Counted from the first letter of the stretch, positions 40,901 to 47,858 are shown. The stretch is DNA of 57,433 nucleotides from a virus (IMGVR_UViG_3300007512_000043:1-57433); one strand, 5' to 3'. The notes: generated by a model from the sequence alone, not told the origin. Numbers and translations are program-made.

Positions 40901-42205
40901 TGGAGGGAACTCCAGACTGCCCCGAATGATGAGGCAAGGAGGAATGTAAAACTATTCAAACCAAAACAACTGGACCGGATGGCAGCGATCATTGTCATGA
41001 CAAACAACCATCCGACTCCAGCCAACCGCCCGTTATGGATGAAGACCAATGTGATGAACTCTGTCCTGTTCGCTCTCACTGGCTGGTCGTTCAACCAGTT
41101 GCAGAACTGGGCGAAGTCAATGCCGGGCACGGGGTATAAGACGCGAGGAGACAAGTCAGTGATGCAGGGGTTTGTCCAAAGGGCTCAAGCCTTTTTAGTA
41201 ATGGCCGCAGCTTTGGGCATAGCCATACCCGACAACTGGCTGCTTGAATACCTAGCCAGAATGGCAGACAGGCAGCTTTATGGGCGAAGAAGGGTTGCCC
41301 GTTTGCCAAATGAAATGCAGGGAACAAAGAACCAGATGTGGGCAACTGCCGGGCTGGCATTTCAGTCCGTGCCCCTCTTCGGAGGCACACTTGCCGCACT
41401 TGCACACGATCTTCCCGGCAGGCCGCAGCATCTTCCTGCCAATCTTCTGATGAGTCAGGTTGGGAATGCCATCCGGTGGGGAATGGAGATGAAGGAGGCT
41501 GGTTTATATCTCCCCGATACTAAGAACAGGGAGGTGGTTTTAGAATGGATGATTAATCAGTCAGTAAACGCAGCCAACCGGGCTCTGCCGATGACAAGGA
41601 TCATCACCTCCAGAATAAGTCCTCACCAGAAAGCCCTGCTGAAAACAATCAATGCAATAAGGGCCGTCAAGGCAAACTATGGTGACCCGAAGGCTACAAA
41701 GAGTACCGCAGGCTGGTCGGGGCAATACCAATACAGGCAGTCCAGCTTATGGAGCCCGTACAGGGAGCTCTGGGCGGCGGCTGTCGAGAGCGGTGACCTG
41801 AACGAGGCAAGCAGAATATTTGACGAGGCAATCCCGGTTTTCATTGCGGCGAAGAAGTACGCAACAGGGGACAAGGTTTGGGATTCGCCGGGTGCTTGGG
41901 ACAAAGCCAAGAGAAGTATGGAGCAGAGCTTAAAAACTATGAACCCGGTAAGGCGTTCGCTTAGGTCAGTTCCAACAAGGGATATGTTCTGGAGGAACTT
42001 AACTCACGTCAACAAAATTGATCGTAACTATATTGAGACGAGCATTCGAAACTGGGAAAATGCGTATGCGGAGTTCGGGTGGACAGGGCTATTCGCCAAT
42101 GAGCCTGTTAGGGAAAAGCCTCCAACGGTTCCACCCCCCTCGAAAAGAATCCCCAGCTACAGGCCTAAAAGTCAGGGTCCAAGGTCGAGGGTTCCGGGCG
42201 GCTAG
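28961..42205 (+). CDS. Giant internal virion / polyvalent protein (4414 aa)
   Basis: Single 13.2-kb ORF ending the late operon. Ala/Gly-rich N-terminus with 'GFEFTEEGADQ', acidic linkers, a zincin-like 'LLEEIAHF...PDEFYA' segment and a hydrophobic C-terminal region. Confidence 0.7.
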   Translation: MPQGTYPSLNYGGQRRRQSGPRPRVSGAYMPFTSYEDFDAYSKKLSEAQQAYKDYEDYLKSIEDERERERQRRRKIIEDPEYAKLYSERYRVGQENLKDTPSRVAAHLEQGIKSTGESLYKQYTEAYEASAYLLGADYERLKELREERKAAEQMMEEQKAERLKGIRGGSGSEFAYEAGQAAAQEAPFLAASAGTGRIVSGTVKKGLEKSAAKKAVAVEAALKEAPVSAAGRASAMEAQRVSAAERIAKLTEKTNRQASVATMGAIHGDRKFSSSSAANYDIMYPQVYSALEAQNRDGEFSPKELARMADEQTREIAIAPSLAAGAATTALVTTFGATGVESLFANTASRITARNAISTLGKGFGFEFTEEGADQFIEQVIQKHTLREDRPWEDIISETWHAATIGGVVGVKYSGIGLVARAPKEVDLRWRERQGRKALERIQSRDFFISYIKEQNPELSDEVVREKARELADGVADIKERARLRSSGATEEEIEDQSAINQLISEDQLDQLESEGVDVSDERTKNVELKVFYDRGVTAAQTNENAEDIIEEIERDYGAVAATKFAEGFNQTKATDELSEPEVGEEQAEPETVPAEEPTGPDIEAPVDVDVEEEKPEVPLEGEEKLEALAKEYWEAGEAESFKSARPIIKEFDELAEELGYDHMDRIVEEDSVLAEIFYKHAPEHQKPALEEAEKGAAPAPEPAPEPVAEPEPAPEPAPEPEPTEAEAETAEAPGTERTDLTGVKEGDIINLFDPRGRPVPREVTAINADSTTVTTKEPGNPDDPGSSISDEGIYSTISTKSEDFEIGTIEGSPPVSSLTDEELQHALGRQQEIIDSKKKHGQPYEWVARNYNAIKYEQRRRAEEPETEIGIESQLSESPSDEAFFGPPDLRQPGQPTPPAEEKPLPVNMIPYTESKYNSKTQTFDKVKGESEYVSLNGRFIKLVDVNGIKVPFYLSTGRAGKENVPEGKWYPIFGVSTATGWLNKGTQSQILDYYGSPALRDAAKKLDDEVGDIRAADVPRLASGMTKRKGKKGWSDPSTLEAIEFINNALGVTALKRDEALKKDDDGVKGIDKNIRTVLSAIEGESSPTESKGQVVFNALAAAGDLINPELVGRGTLEGEALSLGSMLEGRDETEPPPGFSYDRNFNLVPLKPGEKREPVRIEVKRENLKIPPNNLLIIGSHIKRTTGRGRGGVEYHKSIDGFLPSGHKAEEVLLPFRFAGENRPMAFIRYNKEGGKIQVGYFVRSAGPSPFRFKPTHTLKNSERYEYRTPNGTLKGFKIPTSLTTSKAIVNEKNWERLPSKYSGKLERAEAAATPDSHLIRRFIDHISSPVLKRQLNLMWNNGLDRWKNPQGSIDEGVIPPMLSLEGIAATILVANQFKKGTGSKRGKYARTLISTGKMEELANSFESAIKTLRNSDSYTKTVLNDKGTPKKTVNALLRRHDLLLRATKGLSPGQTQELISKWEEEQVKSTAEFDVKQFLNAMEMVAAINKTHKARELTLNDIIFVDKGQADEYFTGAVFTPDQRGQSRAYQVAIGKAPPRVKKIEDVTAEVVSDREVKTTTVDEDGALKDEGYARAYGIEITDSNRIPLSVLVKGLKELMPDIDFSTQELPDGTGRGTEKTEVERIKFDVDPTQKKKTGTSFMDVTGGKGGAKTTTARAKRAIPGRVIKRTQLNLTPLNPEALTEEKLLTVRAAIKFISKKASRIKDFQPSARWTAANKKKLKLERLKAKKDFNDKLKKFWNASEDELADLAKKEETQFFKDIARWLLQPNSKKGTTWAQFIKNNSTTDAVGGIKRGPDLTKAEKAYLSRGLTIKETKLLQEEGGSEADWAGMLTAGKIQSYASDQLAGVLKEGEEKPEATQGFLPLTTPDAGPPDIVTEEIHLVKDQLKDRVKKFRLDGRQFYIIDTTGKEDLGFWYTFNAKEATKEEFGGYGTGEDWVQLPMSEVKTELQAKNRILDQVNKSNDNLSVLGMAALIDSSLASKAQEIQQAVPIEKYEAGEAEYAYTRYSTAEHLTQEQLVTREIEPEHPDDAGVINKKLKAESEAVRLSREKAFKEMARLTPVDRRKMLKHTEAVSFKWQDKPQERIPMPEPSQKVHRQKEDDAGPRRIYEINNAGRLVNIPKSNLFNNAWRKRNGLKLVEFSDGKWWHVIGGPVVHTKMSGPRVTTAASEEVLDRMAATAPVTHGERMRQTRLNQPPPSSVVDPGRDFEGNTFTLTEEGGKKVQSILNTYTNTREFLEEMADRIADYGKGELAHQLTKFAEAGRPGQPSIHFKDRIKNPAGRDALKSWAKRVSPEKWQAVAHYAEEILLTANTGGRANRFRVRVEQAERIGPVIPTDLPWAQGKKQLKDLISRKDNGLTDEAREKALRIINEIDSELLDNLSLRIGARLNSNGDTEVDIVGEFNTLGNLITLAGDVSVDPDVLLEEIAHFTARVLPEKLRNEARGLHKAALDDAFKKSQATPVMAKHPRTEEKIIQVRRWAAKHVLVRKVLEKIRKGEDGQLTSDEYRAVLPRIGDLVSGTGKMSDTVSVDAEMLEDIVRETYHLANPDEFYANAMVTRVGDSTFDRARGFLKNILRAITRVFSGKSESEKVDDFVRRALKALANPDKRNKDMRGMLMRRNILAKGMRVLSRADRLRDAVLALNERAQAADDLGNTETAARRRDEVKRLVSQASAITNIFDKVIRRIAPDLSPNSKVWGMVNMRDIDFVNDLLEVFPSESEYRKVLEKFASDGRHELGQATALYAMHMIQEMERVARTLTERAEKRSKDVRGKNFLKSLTEFAKKVGDSAVTGKTKADLTSEIKDVISIAATEFAETGDIRGLLGGEFVRVASEDAIQAAQDKAGMIAANMEQIATILTETADGRELLNRDDISEEATEEESLSITGEQLETIAHDIYQIVDSVLAANQTPIDMMPDDEQIAWRVAAGLFAGNKKAREHATVSSFGEEDAEIYKRAVEEVAKLRDGLESGKLNSQSAFDSFSGDMDLLLEEGKLAYVARYAIRSPMRRIKDALDHRKAADLARAVMNDPEMLDYRRQVGIDAKVDDVPDLLGDTFYEQFVNGEVIIPVPPTDLVEEFDPDGRLKRGKEPNVRKFRFFTGKEEGAKENLLAAYEAAIDIQKWLDQELKKTTPVIDAETGLPMLDEKGDVIMDDAPLSPYWNFYWNTLQQLQAGFLHDAVWNAPDDMNQRGMFRNTYFGVLRHLVSGTPTRAMKIASRYVDKHEMYYVLFDSWKANFKAPWANKLLDAAKSRPGRFALDVGGIGLRWEELKAWAQVSKDAQVAKGVANWERTIGRHLRESWQEGGQEIGVGELLPNGEIVTKEDMALIDFEFKMANEAYEINELITDIDESVQPLRVNDQTVKTLRRRALKRGKKMLPRRFSTNGRSLVSRWNRLKDDLKGADLFDAVFRNGEEGFEAMVSFLNDRDPEWITAPTEDEEGRLKPRPGSPNEHLYSIVAQEIQQNGPEMEHTTNAVIKLLAEKGSRGADDVKVAIMNELEGSLTNLNRRINPPEKDAMLVQLNHSSGHSPMTDARQDKLGPSFFYTHGFNHEAEVQSFTSSLQLPVANGVINALRSASRDLNDFINKGGIKEAIDDAVEKLYGNKKNPNKYRYSNKVLKEVRKELGIDTGSKNNPEVDIFNTIVAIDSFTRDYEDVYGAGYKDFTVDLMPKLGRRVWSSIVGGILGNTMTAMRNVSETAIGATINVQSLTGGTGLQAAMAVITRGYLVHALKLGGSLAKSLLKLSVYPVGGFKQDKFVPLLPLRSAVTSGWWHQKYRKGLKQKLMGIKPDITMLIQGLFDPMIVELAQVMPRRINEHKILERQGLGMPITPTETMLNFGQLREMGGRIMDEVSAEETSSSNPVAALWNRGLYNLVGHWESYIALWFRPTLPRIGDLAANNIMASMGHYVGHNLERKARLAFGSRMKNKVALDEDITPQELVGNFLGLLEANRVTWNNVEEFLSQAGVTNFKDQVRKFWRELQTAPNDEARRNVKLFKPKQLDRMAAIIVMTNNHPTPANRPLWMKTNVMNSVLFALTGWSFNQLQNWAKSMPGTGYKTRGDKSVMQGFVQRAQAFLVMAAALGIAIPDNWLLEYLARMADRQLYGRRRVARLPNEMQGTKNQMWATAGLAFQSVPLFGGTLAALAHDLPGRPQHLPANLLMSQVGNAIRWGMEMKEAGLYLPDTKNREVVLEWMINQSVNAANRALPMTRIITSRISPHQKALLKTINAIRAVKANYGDPKATKSTAGWSGQYQYRQSSLWSPYRELWAAAVESGDLNEASRIFDEAIPVFIAAKKYATGDKVWDSPGAWDKAKRSMEQSLKTMNPVRRSLRSVPTRDMFWRNLTHVNKIDRNYIETSIRNWENAYAEFGWTGLFANEPVREKPPTVPPPSKRIPSYRPKSQGPRSRVPGG

Positions 42206-43094
42206 GCATTACAGACTTGGCTTGAATCAGCTTGCCTACTTCATCCACATCCGTGTCTAGGTAGCGTTGCAGCATACTGGTGGATGACCACCCTATTATC
42301 TCGACAATTGTTGTCACCTTTATCCCCGCCTTTATCATGTTGGTTGCTGCTCCGTGGCGAAGGCAGTGGAATGTCATGTGCGGCGGTAGCCCGGCTGCTT
42401 TAACTATCCGCTTGAACTCCTTGCTTAAGGAGTTGGAGGCATACCTTTGTGCCCCAAGGGGAAAGTAGAACTCTTGGTCGTCCTCAATGGGCAGGCCCTT
42501 GATAGCCTCCACCAGATCATGATGTAGCGGCAACTCGATCTCCCTCTCGCTCTGCTTTCTTGGCATGAACTTGAATGTCATCCTGTTCCAGTCAACGCAG
42601 TGAGCCCCAAACTTGGCACAGTCTTCTATCCTCATTCCGTAATGCCATCCCAACAGTATCATCGGAACCCAGTAATCACAGCCGTGGTCAGCATTGGCTG
42701 CCCCGATCAACGGGGCAATCTCCTCAGGCTCAAACCCCCTTACATGTTTCCCTTCTTTCGGGAACTTGCCGACTAGGAAGCAGGGGTTCCTGTCGAAATA
42801 ACCCATTACCAGTCCCCAGCTATAGAAGGACTTCAGCCTTTGGATATACACATTGATTGATCCCCCGGTTCGAACACGCTTTCCCTTAACAGGTGCCCTC
42901 AGGGTTGAAGCCCACCTGTTAACAGTATCGGGCTCAAGCGGGTCCAGCTTCCTGTCCAAACAAAACATGGCAAACTTTTCCAGTGTGCCTTGGAGCCCGA
43001 TAATCGTGTTGTCTTTACCTGTGACCTTCTTGAAGGCAAGAAATTCGTGAATCAATTGTGGCAGCGTTCTGCCTAGCTTTTTTTTCTTCTTCAT
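42165..43094 (-). CDS. int: Tyrosine recombinase / integrase
   Basis: Catalytic R (YGMRIED), HCLRH, IIGW and Y (LQRY); N-terminal SAM-like core-binding region. Confidence 0.92.
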   Translation of the reverse strand: MKKKKKLGRTLPQLIHEFLAFKKVTGKDNTIIGLQGTLEKFAMFCLDRKLDPLEPDTVNRWASTLRAPVKGKRVRTGGSINVYIQRLKSFYSWGLVMGYFDRNPCFLVGKFPKEGKHVRGFEPEEIAPLIGAANADHGCDYWVPMILLGWHYGMRIEDCAKFGAHCVDWNRMTFKFMPRKQSEREIELPLHHDLVEAIKGLPIEDDQEFYFPLGAQRYASNSLSKEFKRIVKAAGLPPHMTFHCLRHGAATNMIKAGIKVTTIVEIIGWSSTSMLQRYLDTDVDEVGKLIQAKSVMPSRPEPSTLDPDF

Positions 43095-43100
43095 TGTGGC

Positions 43101-43415
43101 TCATAATTCAAGCAGCTCCAGCAGATACCTTTTGTTTGGACTTCTTTTGATGTGGTTCATCTTCGCACCCTCTCGTCTTAACAGGTACTTCCTTGTCTTC
43201 GCTTGGTGAACAAGGTCTACACCGCAAGCCAAGGCAAACCGGCTTGCCTGCTCAACGTCCACCCGCCCCCAACTTGAGAGCCGTGATATCTCACCGACTC
43301 TCTTTATTGTCAGCCCTGACTGCTTGGATATCTCTTGGTTTGTCATTGCTGTGCCACCGGATCGGGCAAGCACTCGGCATAAATTGGGTGGTATCTTGTC
43401 TAAATGTCTAAGCAT
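43101..43415 (-). CDS. HTH DNA-binding protein
   Basis: 'MTNQEISKQSGLTIKRVGEI' HTH pattern. Confidence 0.6.
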   Translation of the reverse strand: MLRHLDKIPPNLCRVLARSGGTAMTNQEISKQSGLTIKRVGEISRLSSWGRVDVEQASRFALACGVDLVHQAKTRKYLLRREGAKMNHIKRSPNKRYLLELLEL

Positions 43416-44719
43416 ATTGCTCCTTCATCGAATTTTGTAAGGTCACGGTGAAACACCATTGGAATCTTTACACCGCTCAATCCATCCCTGTTCTTATCGA
43501 CAGACAGCTTCACAGGTATAGCTAAATCCTCATCGTTCATCTTGTACTCAGGGTCACGCCACAGAAACAGAACCACATCGGCATCCTGTTCAATGGAGCC
43601 TGAGTCGCGGAGGTCGCTGAGCTTCGGCGGTCTGGCATCCTTGTCGGCTGATCTGGAAAGCTGGGAAACCAGAATAACAGGTATGTTCAGTTCCTTTGCC
43701 AGAGTCTTGCAGCCTGAGCTGATCTCTGTCACCTCGTCATTACGACTTCCCCTGTCCCTAGTGCTGCGTATAAGTTGCAGGTAGTCTATGACAAGCATCT
43801 TGATCTTGTGTTGCTGCTTCATTCTTCTTGCGGCAGCAGTAATTTGCTGAACTGACAAACCGCTTCTGTCGTCTATGAACAGTGGCGCATCAGCAATCCT
43901 AGATGCAGCAGCGCTGATCTCATCAATATTGTCTCTCGCATCGTCCTTGCTTATCCCTGCCTCTATGTGAACCAAGCGTTGAATCAGTGCCGCTGCTGAC
44001 ATTTCCAACGAAAAGATTCCAACTGCCATACCTGAGTCAACCGCCACATGCCGGGCTATACATATAGCCATTGATGTCTTTCCAACGCTAGGCCGGGCAG
44101 CAAGTATAATTATGTTGGCCTTCTGCAATCCCTTCAGCGTGTTGTCAAGGGATGGGTAGCTTGTCTTGATGCCGAGCATCGCACTGGGATTACTTATGCT
44201 GTCTCCCAGCTTGGCCAAGTACTCACTGACGAGCTCCGGGGTATCATGTTCGCCTGACTTTGACTGGTCCTGTGCTATCGCAAGTATGTCACGCTGTGCA
44301 CGCTCAAGTGCATGTGATGCGTCTGGCTCAGACAAGGCTGACGATATGGCTTCACGACCTGTCTCAATGAGGCGGCGCTTGATGTGGTAGCCCATCAGTT
44401 CGTCGGCGTAATACTTCCAGTTGTGTGCGCTTGGTGTGCTATCCGTAATGCCTGCAACACGGGCAAGACCCCCTGCATCTTCCTCACCTCCAAGTTTCTT
44501 GATGTGGTTTATCAAGGTTAACTCATCAATAAGCGAGTTGGAATTGAACAGTGTGAGTACGCAGTCGAAAACAAACCTGTTCCCAATATTGTAGAAATAA
44601 TCGGCACAACATTTATGCTCTGATATAAATGATGGCAGCACCTCGCTTGGCTTTAGCATGATGCACCCAAGCATACCTGCTTCCATATCCTCGTTGTGTG
44701 GAATTTCGTCAATCTTCAT
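43400..44719 (-). CDS. dnaB: Replicative DNA helicase, DnaB family
   Basis: PHNEDME N-terminus, AARPSVGKT, FSLEMS, IDYLQL, SQLSR, DLRDSGSIEQDADVV, KNRDG. Confidence 0.95.
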   Translation of the reverse strand: MKIDEIPHNEDMEAGMLGCIMLKPSEVLPSFISEHKCCADYFYNIGNRFVFDCVLTLFNSNSLIDELTLINHIKKLGGEEDAGGLARVAGITDSTPSAHNWKYYADELMGYHIKRRLIETGREAISSALSEPDASHALERAQRDILAIAQDQSKSGEHDTPELVSEYLAKLGDSISNPSAMLGIKTSYPSLDNTLKGLQKANIIILAARPSVGKTSMAICIARHVAVDSGMAVGIFSLEMSAAALIQRLVHIEAGISKDDARDNIDEISAAASRIADAPLFIDDRSGLSVQQITAAARRMKQQHKIKMLVIDYLQLIRSTRDRGSRNDEVTEISSGCKTLAKELNIPVILVSQLSRSADKDARPPKLSDLRDSGSIEQDADVVLFLWRDPEYKMNDEDLAIPVKLSVDKNRDGLSGVKIPMVFHRDLTKFDEGAICLDI

Positions 44720-45080
44720 TCATCAACCACTCAGTAGGTAACTGTCTGCAAACCTCAAAGAAATCCTCTAGCGATAGGCACACTATCCAGTCAGCATAAT
44801 TCTTCTTGAACCCAACAATGGGAATCTGGCCCGGCTTGGAATCACCATCAGCCTGCTCAAGTGCCTGCCTTGGGGTTCCCTTTTCTCGGAACTTAATTTC
44901 CCAGTGGAACTTGGCCATCATTGGGACGATCACGTCGGGAGCCGCTGTTCCTCCAGCCCCACGTCCAGCATTCTGGCAACCTCTAATGGTGGCAAGCTCG
45001 CCCTCTCCGTGGAACCCCGCTGCACGCAGCTCGTCACGGAACATCCTCTCCCCCCTTGCCCCCTTCTGCCTACTGTTCAT
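44709..45080 (-). CDS. Holliday junction resolvase-like PD-(D/E)xK nuclease
   Basis: MNSRQKGARGER...PDV...WEIK; start re-assigned to 45080. Confidence 0.8.
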   Translation of the reverse strand: MNSRQKGARGERMFRDELRAAGFHGEGELATIRGCQNAGRGAGGTAAPDVIVPMMAKFHWEIKFREKGTPRQALEQADGDSKPGQIPIVGFKKNYADWIVCLSLEDFFEVCRQLPTEWLMNED

Positions 45081-45507
45081 ATAAGGTAGGTTTATCCGTG
45101 AACTCATCAACAGGAAAATGAACAACAGGTTCGATATCATCCGAGTCGCCCCTGTCTTTTCTTCCTCCCATCTCAACGTGAGCTACAACATCATCCACCC
45201 TGTAGAATCCTAAAGCATCAGTCCATTTAGCGGCAACCCAGAAAGCACAACCCGTAAGCCGTGCCAGATTAGCGCCGGTTGCATACTTGCCCAACGAAAT
45301 GATAAGGGTGGAGAACCTGTTCTTCTCAAACGACCTAGATTTTAATTCAATAAAACCAAAGAGGCCGCTCTTGTTGAACACTGCCCAGTCAACACGATAG
45401 CTAACAGGCAGCTTGTGACACCTGAGGTCATGATATTTAAGGAGGTAGTTTGCAACCTCCCTCTCAGCCTCCCTGTCCTTCTCTGATTCATATCTGGGTC
45501 TGGTCAC
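45070..45507 (-). CDS. PD-(D/E)xK nuclease-family protein
   Basis: 'YRVDWA...FIELKSR' and 'GGRKDRGDSDDIEP' motifs; GTG start. Confidence 0.65.
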   Translation of the reverse strand: MTRPRYESEKDREAEREVANYLLKYHDLRCHKLPVSYRVDWAVFNKSGLFGFIELKSRSFEKNRFSTLIISLGKYATGANLARLTGCAFWVAAKWTDALGFYRVDDVVAHVEMGGRKDRGDSDDIEPVVHFPVDEFTDKPTLYEQ

Positions 45508-45509
45508 TT

Positions 45510-46619
45510 TTACTTCTTCTGGATTACGCTGTCAGTAGCCGAGGTAACCTTGATCACATCGCCTAGTTGTTGCTCCATAAAGTCTTCGCCGTCCAATGCC
45601 TTTGCTGCTGTTGATGCAAGAGTCCGGTACTTTGAGTAACTAATACTGCACGAAGCGAAGAACTCCTCGTCAGTTATTCCCAAGCTCTTGGCCAAGTCAA
45701 AGGCCTTCTTGGCGTCCGTAAGCTTGCTGATTTTTCTGCCCTTCTTGAGGCCGAAGCCCGGTATACTTGTGGAGCTGTTTGCCAGTAGTTCCCGTGCTTC
45801 TGCTTTCCTCTGGTTCCATATGTTCTCAACCATTGAAGATGCTTCACGGGCCCTGTAAAGAACAGCAGCCCTGTTCTCTGGGGTTAATTCAGACAGGGGT
45901 TTGTCCAGCTCTCCCATTGAGTCCTCTACCCTCCAAGAAGCAGCAGGGCATATTGATATAGCTTTACACCACTTGCATGAATCCAGTGATGGCATCAGCG
46001 GTGGATTGTCTGCACGGGCAGCAGCCACAACCTTGAGGATTTTCTTTTCAAACAGGGCAAGATCAGCTTCCGTGAACGTGGCTGATATAGCCTTGCCGTA
46101 CTGTGATTCCGGTTGATTGAAGGAATACACCACGCTTTTACCCGGTGTACCTATGTAGCGGTGGAAGAGTAGGCTTTCGGTCATCGCCTGCCAGTTGCCT
46201 TCAACTGATTCTTGACCGAGACCTGTTTTGTAGTTGACCAATACGGTGTTCCCGTTTAGTTTATCAATACCACCAACGTCGATCTTCCCGCTGAACAATC
46301 TGTCGCCATCATCCCACTCATACCACAGTCTGATCTCACGAACCAATGTGTCACAAGTTTCCAGTAAGACTGCGTCAAAATCCTGCATCTCCTTGGCAAC
46401 CAATGCTTCCTCTGGGGATAGTTCAACATCCTTCCCTTCCATTCTTTCGTGAACTCTAGTTCCTCTTTCAGCATACGGGGAAGCTGGCTCAGGTGGGGCT
46501 TTGCCGCTCATTCGGTGGGAGCCGGGGCATGATGCCAGCCTATGAATACCAGACGCAGAGGGCAGCCCCATCCTCTCATCACCCGCTGGCACCGGGTCAT
46601 CTACTATTACTTTACTCAT
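45510..46619 (-). CDS. Cas4-like / DUF2800-type recombination exonuclease
   Basis: 'SAS..HRLASCPGS', 'AERGTRVHE', 'GKIDV...VNYKTG', 'CKWCKAISICP' Cys cluster; start re-assigned to 46619. Confidence 0.8.
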   Translation of the reverse strand: MSKVIVDDPVPAGDERMGLPSASGIHRLASCPGSHRMSGKAPPEPASPYAERGTRVHERMEGKDVELSPEEALVAKEMQDFDAVLLETCDTLVREIRLWYEWDDGDRLFSGKIDVGGIDKLNGNTVLVNYKTGLGQESVEGNWQAMTESLLFHRYIGTPGKSVVYSFNQPESQYGKAISATFTEADLALFEKKILKVVAAARADNPPLMPSLDSCKWCKAISICPAASWRVEDSMGELDKPLSELTPENRAAVLYRAREASSMVENIWNQRKAEARELLANSSTSIPGFGLKKGRKISKLTDAKKAFDLAKSLGITDEEFFASCSISYSKYRTLASTAAKALDGEDFMEQQLGDVIKVTSATDSVIQKK

Positions 46620-46632
46620 GTTTAAAAAGATC

Positions 46633-46769
46633 GCCACAGGAAATCCAATAACATGTCTCAGGGAGGAACCACACAACCATCGAACATGTCACGGGCATTG
46701 GATTTTTTAACCCGAACATAGCACTTATATCATGATCAAACCATATGAGTGCGCCCTTAAACCTGTGGC
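46633..46769 (-). ncRNA. Putative structured intergenic RNA (multi-stem)
   Basis: Nested inverted repeats: GCCACAGG/CCTGTGGC (46633-40/46762-69), AAATCCAAT/ATTGGATTT (46641-49/46697-705), ACATGT/ACATGT (46651-56/46684-89), GCACTTATAT/ATATGAGTGC (46721-30/46743-52). Confidence 0.55.
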
Positions 46770-46777
46770 TAAATTAC

Positions 46778-47707
46778 TTACTTGCTCAACGCGACAGCGG
46801 TTGACAGGAAAACTTGAGGTTTATCCAGTATCGAGTCAGCATAGCTTTGACTAATGCTCTGCCATGTTTCGCCGTCCTTTATCTGGCCTCTCATAACAAG
46901 GAACTTGTGTATCAGTAGCTCCTTGCCTGAGAACAATTGACTTAACTTGTCCTTTGCCTCCTTTGTTAGAGCATCCTCAAGAGCTCCGTTTGATTCCGGC
47001 TTGGGCTCTGGCTTGGGCTCTGGTTTCTCACTTGCGGGAGGCGTGTCGGCTTCATCTGAAGAGAGCCAGTCCTTAATCATAGAGGCAAGTTCTTCACCCG
47101 GCCTAGCGAACACCATACCTGACAGCTCTGGACATCGGCTCTTCTCTATTGTGATGTTGTTCATTGTGTCCATCACGCCGAATAAGTCGAACTCGTAGTC
47201 GATACCGTCACGCTGCTGTGTGGCTAGGCCGATCTTTGCAACACTGACCTTCCCCTTGTCATCCTTCTCCTGTTCATACGCCTGCTTCATTCTCATTGTT
47301 GCAATGAGGTGGCCGGGGTGTGTCATCAGCGTATCCAGCAACAGATTGTGCAGTGGGGTTACCTTGCCCCAAGCGTTGAATGATTTGCCCTGCTTCCCAA
47401 CCAAGTCTAGCGCCCCATCTCTGCCCATCCAAGCGTGGCTTAAGCTGTCCACAATAAGGACATCGTAATCTGATGCTGCCTTGATTGCATCCACATAGCT
47501 TTGCGGGTGGTGTGTCTCCAACTGCGCCACATCAAAATCAAACTTGTTAGAGTAAATCTCTGCGCTTGATCTTTCTGTGTCCAATAGTGCCACACTCTTG
47601 CCGAGCTGATGTGCCAGCCTTAGTGCGGTGTATGTTTTGCCGCTGCCAGCAATACCGGCAATGGCCATCCTTAATTTCCTATTACTTCTTTGTGCTTTTT
47701 TATACAT
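46778..47707 (-). CDS. AAA_24 / Sak4-like ssDNA-annealing ATPase
   Basis: GIAGSGKTYTAL, LDTE, IVDSLSHAW, 'QRDGIDYEFD'. Confidence 0.85.
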   Translation of the reverse strand: MYKKAQRSNRKLRMAIAGIAGSGKTYTALRLAHQLGKSVALLDTERSSAEIYSNKFDFDVAQLETHHPQSYVDAIKAASDYDVLIVDSLSHAWMGRDGALDLVGKQGKSFNAWGKVTPLHNLLLDTLMTHPGHLIATMRMKQAYEQEKDDKGKVSVAKIGLATQQRDGIDYEFDLFGVMDTMNNITIEKSRCPELSGMVFARPGEELASMIKDWLSSDEADTPPASEKPEPKPEPKPESNGALEDALTKEAKDKLSQLFSGKELLIHKFLVMRGQIKDGETWQSISQSYADSILDKPQVFLSTAVALSK

Positions 47708-47858
47708 CTCTTGTAACGATTGCTTTGTTTTTTATTCCGATTCGGATGAATTGCGATGCGGCTGCACCGACCTTCATCCCTGTATTCTTACACCACTTCT
47801 TTAAAAGCAGGTGTGTCTTACCATCTATAGTTAGTGACTGTGTCTTTACATCCTTCAT
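47700..47858 (-). CDS. Small ribbon-helix-helix-like DNA-binding protein
   Basis: MKDVKTQSLTIDGKTHLLLKKWCKNTGMKV...; first gene after the predicted promoter. Confidence 0.55.
   Translation of the reverse strand: MKDVKTQSLTIDGKTHLLLKKWCKNTGMKVGAAASQFIRIGIKNKAIVTRDV

Noticed and set aside
29600-42000. Numerous antisense and alternate-frame ORFs inside the giant gene
   Set aside because: Shadow ORFs with Ser/Leu-rich composition and no start signals or motifs.
45510-46619. CRISPR adaptation Cas4
   Set aside because: Context with Sak4-like, resolvase and DnaB indicates an ordinary phage recombination exonuclease. Nothing in the sequence links it to array spacer acquisition.
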